A stretch of 64,000 nt of DNA from an uncultured Alphaproteobacteria bacterium (lineage in GTDB: Bacteria > Pseudomonadota > Alphaproteobacteria > Rhizobiales > Beijerinckiaceae), in contig CAWEWH010000008.1 in assembly GCA_963812775.1 (NCBI GenBank), forward strand, positions 60,468 to 124,467, in the 5' to 3' direction. Shown here in pieces: positions 62,038-64,000 of the stretch. The notes beneath the pieces were generated by a model. It was not told the DNA's origin and made no database searches. It saw only the letters and a program-made list of their open reading frames with translations. The translations under genes and the position numbers were made by a program. Each line of letters begins with the position of its first letter. Within the stretch, counting starts at the first letter, position 1.

Positions 62038-62559
62038 GTGCGCGAGCCCTTAGAGCAGATCGCCGCCGCGCGCTTCGATGAGGCGTGGCTCTCGGCAATG
62101 GCGATCGGGACAAGCGTTGTGACAGTGCGCGGCAAGAACGGCTCGAAGGCCTATCATCTCTTTCTCGACATCGTCGCCGCCGTGGCGCGCTCGCCGGACG
62201 GCTTGACGGTGCGCGAGATCGGCCGCGTGCTCGATCTGCAGCCCGAGCTTGTCGCGCATTGCATCGCGGTGCATTTCTATCTCGAGACGCGGCCGCGCGA
62301 GCCGATCCCGATACCGACGCCAGCCGATTACCGCGTGCCCGGTCTCGATGAGCGAATCGACCGCGCGCGGCTCGAAATCCTGGGCATCGGATCTTGCCGG
62401 CCGCGGCGGCGACGAGCCGCGCGGCAACGGCCGTCGGCAGCACTGAGCCAACGCATGGATGCGCCGTTGCCGCGGCGGCCCATGCGTCGGGCCGCTCCTT
62501 TCGCATCGATGCGATTGGGAACCTTCGCGGGCCTGTCGCCATTTTTCAGTGGTCCTTGA
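62038..62559 (+). CDS. small predicted HTH protein, paralog of the gene at 57284; the C-terminal extension is probably artefactual
   Basis: See 57284. The last ~60 aa are Arg/Pro-rich and low-complexity, which suggests read-through after a lost stop or frameshift. Confidence 0.4.
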   Translation: MREPLEQIAAARFDEAWLSAMAIGTSVVTVRGKNGSKAYHLFLDIVAAVARSPDGLTVREIGRVLDLQPELVAHCIAVHFYLETRPREPIPIPTPADYRVPGLDERIDRARLEILGIGSCRPRRRRAARQRPSAALSQRMDAPLPRRPMRRAAPFASMRLGTFAGLSPFFSGP

Positions 62560-62598
62560 CCGTTCCGGCATGCGACGCCGCCAGCGAAGGAGAGCGAC

Positions 62599-62850
62599 AT
62601 GGCAAAGTACTCCCGCGCAGCCTCGAAGACCGTCGAGAGCGCCATGCGCCGGCGCAAGAAGGGAACGCTGAAGAGCGGCCGGAGCGGCAAGACGGTGAAG
62701 AGCCGCAAGCAGGCAATCGCCATCGGGCTCTCAGAGGCGCGGCGCAAGGGCAAGAAGGTGCCGGCGCGGCGGCGTTCGAGCCGCCCGTCGGCGCGGCGCG
62801 CCACCCGCAAGTCGACGCGCACCTCGGCCCGGAGGTCGAGCCGCCGATAG
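62599..62850 (+). CDS. small highly basic conserved hypothetical protein (83 aa)
   Basis: GAAGGAGAGCGAC-ATG Shine-Dalgarno; MAKYSRAASKTVESAMRRRKKGTLKSGRSGKTVKSRKQAIAIGLSEARRKGKKV... Confidence 0.55.
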   Translation: MAKYSRAASKTVESAMRRRKKGTLKSGRSGKTVKSRKQAIAIGLSEARRKGKKVPARRRSSRPSARRATRKSTRTSARRSSRR

Positions 62851-62868
62851 GCACGGCGCGTCCCGCAA

Positions 62869-62900
62869 ACGAAAAGGCCGGCGCTGAGGCCGGCCTTTCG
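62869..62900 (+). terminator. intrinsic terminator AAAAGGCCGGC-gctga-GGCCGGCCTTTCGAAAAT
   Basis: A GC stem followed by a T-tract, directly after the 62599..62850 gene. Confidence 0.65.
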
Positions 62901-62910
62901 AAAATCCCGT

Positions 62911-63086
62911 TGATGCTGGGGCTAGTGTGCCGAACTTGAAGTTCGCTACATTGCCTGGATCAGCTAGCTCGCGAACTTCAAATTCGAAAAGCACACTAGA
63001 AACAATCTCTTCTAGTGTCGCTTTGATTCCAAAATTCGCTACGAGGCCTCCATCAAGATCATGCGAATTTTGGAATCGCGACACTA
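62911..63086. repeat. two tandem ~80-nt palindromic elements built from GAAyTTnAAnTTC dyads and CTAGTGT(G/C)GC...GC(A/G)ACACTAG arms
   Basis: Element 1: CTAGTGTGCCGAACTTGAAGTTCGC...GCGAACTTCAAATTCGAAAAGCACACTAG. Element 2: CTAGTGTCGCTTTGATTCCAAAATTCGC...GCGAATTTTGGAATCGCGACACTAG. A third arm copy lies at 63715-63765 on the opposite strand. Confidence 0.6.
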
Positions 63087-63467
63087 GCCGCCGCACACCG
63101 CTTCGATCTTCGCCTTCAGGGTCTGCGCGTTGAAGGGCTTGACGATGTAATTGTTCACGCCGGCCTTCTTGGCGGCGATGACGTTCTCGGTCTTCGATTC
63201 CGCCGTCACCATGATGAAGGGCACGCTGCGCAGCCCTTCGTCGGTGCGCACCTGCCGCAAGAGCTCGTAGCCCGTCATCGGCTCCATGTTCCAGTCGGAG
63301 ATGACGAGCGAGTACTTCTTCTCTTTCATCTTGGCCAGCGCGCTCGATCCGTCGGGCGCATCGTCCACGTCTTCGAATCCAAGCTGTTTCAAGAGATTGC
63401 GGATGATCCGAACCATGGTCTGGTAGTCATCGACCACGAGGATCGGCATCGACAGATCAAGAGCCAT
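63084..63467 (-). CDS. CheY-like single-domain response regulator
   Basis: 127 aa from MALDLSMPILVVDDYQTMVRIIRNLLKQLGFEDVDDAPDG...ISDWNMEPMTGYELL...VKPFNAQTLKAKIE; it closely resembles E. coli CheY. Confidence 0.8.
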   Translation of the reverse strand: MALDLSMPILVVDDYQTMVRIIRNLLKQLGFEDVDDAPDGSSALAKMKEKKYSLVISDWNMEPMTGYELLRQVRTDEGLRSVPFIMVTAESKTENVIAAKKAGVNNYIVKPFNAQTLKAKIEAVCGG

Positions 63468-63863
63468 GATTCGCTCCGCTCGCACCGAAAGTCGGCCGGC
63501 GCGTCCCTGAAATGAGGCGCGCTCGCGCCTTACCCACCGGGCCACGTTATAAAAAGGCCGTTTCGAAGCAGTTAATGGGACCTGCCGCAACAGTGTATGG
63601 TGACTTTTGCGTATTGATCGGTCCGCCGCTACGGCACCCTGAGGCCGTTGCAAGTGTGACAGTTCCGCGATTCGCCTGTCGTTGAGGCGGCATTGGATCA
63701 AGTTTCGCACCGTGAGCGACACTGTAAAAGGCTTGATTCTCGTGTGCTTTTTGAATTTGAAGCTCGCCGGACGCCAATCGATGGCTTGGCGGACCTCAGA
63801 TTCAGCCCGCTAGCCCCGGCAAATCGGTCATAAGGGCGGGGTCCACCGGAGCAGAACCGCGAC

Positions 63864-64000
63864 ATGTTGCGCACCTATGCCTTCGAAGATCTCAGCATCG
63901 GCATGCGCGAGACCCTGATGCGGACGGTGATGGAAAGCGACGTAACCAGCTTCGCCAGCGTCACCGGCGACAACAACCCGATCCACCTCGACGAGCGCTA
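63864..64000 (+). CDS. MaoC-like (R)-hydratase / hotdog-fold dehydratase, partial at the window end
   Basis: MLRTYAFEDLSIGMRETLMRTVMESDVTSFASVTGDNNPIHLDER. Confidence 0.6.
   Translation, partial: MLRTYAFEDLSIGMRETLMRTVMESDVTSFASVTGDNNPIHLDER

Overview
High-GC (~67-68%) chromosomal segment that looks alphaproteobacterial (Rhizobiales-like), judged from gene content and protein families. Gene order, with '<-' marking minus-strand genes: partial acyl-CoA dehydrogenase <-; a full-length but divergent SecY paralog; <- a beta-oxidation-type cluster (DsbA-like isomerase, GST, two crotonases, SDR dienoyl-CoA reductase-like); a methyltransferase; a SnoaL-like protein <-; an epimerase; a GYD protein <-; three acyl-CoA dehydrogenases (two are a recent tandem duplicate) plus a luciferase-like oxidoreductase; <- a cyanase gene cynS with a cyanate/nitrate-type ABC transporter; cytochrome c <-; glycolate oxidase glcDEF; a 24-codon lysine-rich micro-gene <-; a ~640 bp AT-rich non-coding region; a DUF2076 protein; an L,D-transpeptidase <-; a CheZ-like phosphatase; a Wzx-like flippase <-; an EamA transporter; a PaaI thioesterase <-; MarR <-; CIRCE-groES-groEL; an SPFH protein <-; tRNA-Gly(GCC) <-; a MarR-GNAT fusion; <- an amidase with a coupled micro-membrane protein; <- a TRAP transporter dctPQM; a carboxylesterase <-; a cluster of palindromic repeats; a 2OG-Fe(II) oxygenase <-; two tandem BacA/SbmA-like ABC exporters; a META-domain lipoprotein <-; <- hisG, hisZ, hisS; cspA <-; an aminotransferase <-; a degenerate-EAL membrane protein; a HAD-IIA hydrolase; a UDG-like protein; rpsU; and a run of small conserved hypotheticals (DUF1488, DUF6894-like, a second cspA, Crp/Fnr, a CheY-like receiver). 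Most striking are the extra SecY homolog, a family of dyad-symmetric repeats bracketing the CheY-like gene, a G/C-rich palindromic repeat family reused across intergenic regions, and an unusually high density of frameshifts, including several inside hisS and hisZ, at least one of which (cspA, 51608..51822) is a single missing base in a T homopolymer. That pattern points to indel sequencing errors rather than genuine gene decay. I found no CRISPR array, integrase or transposase.
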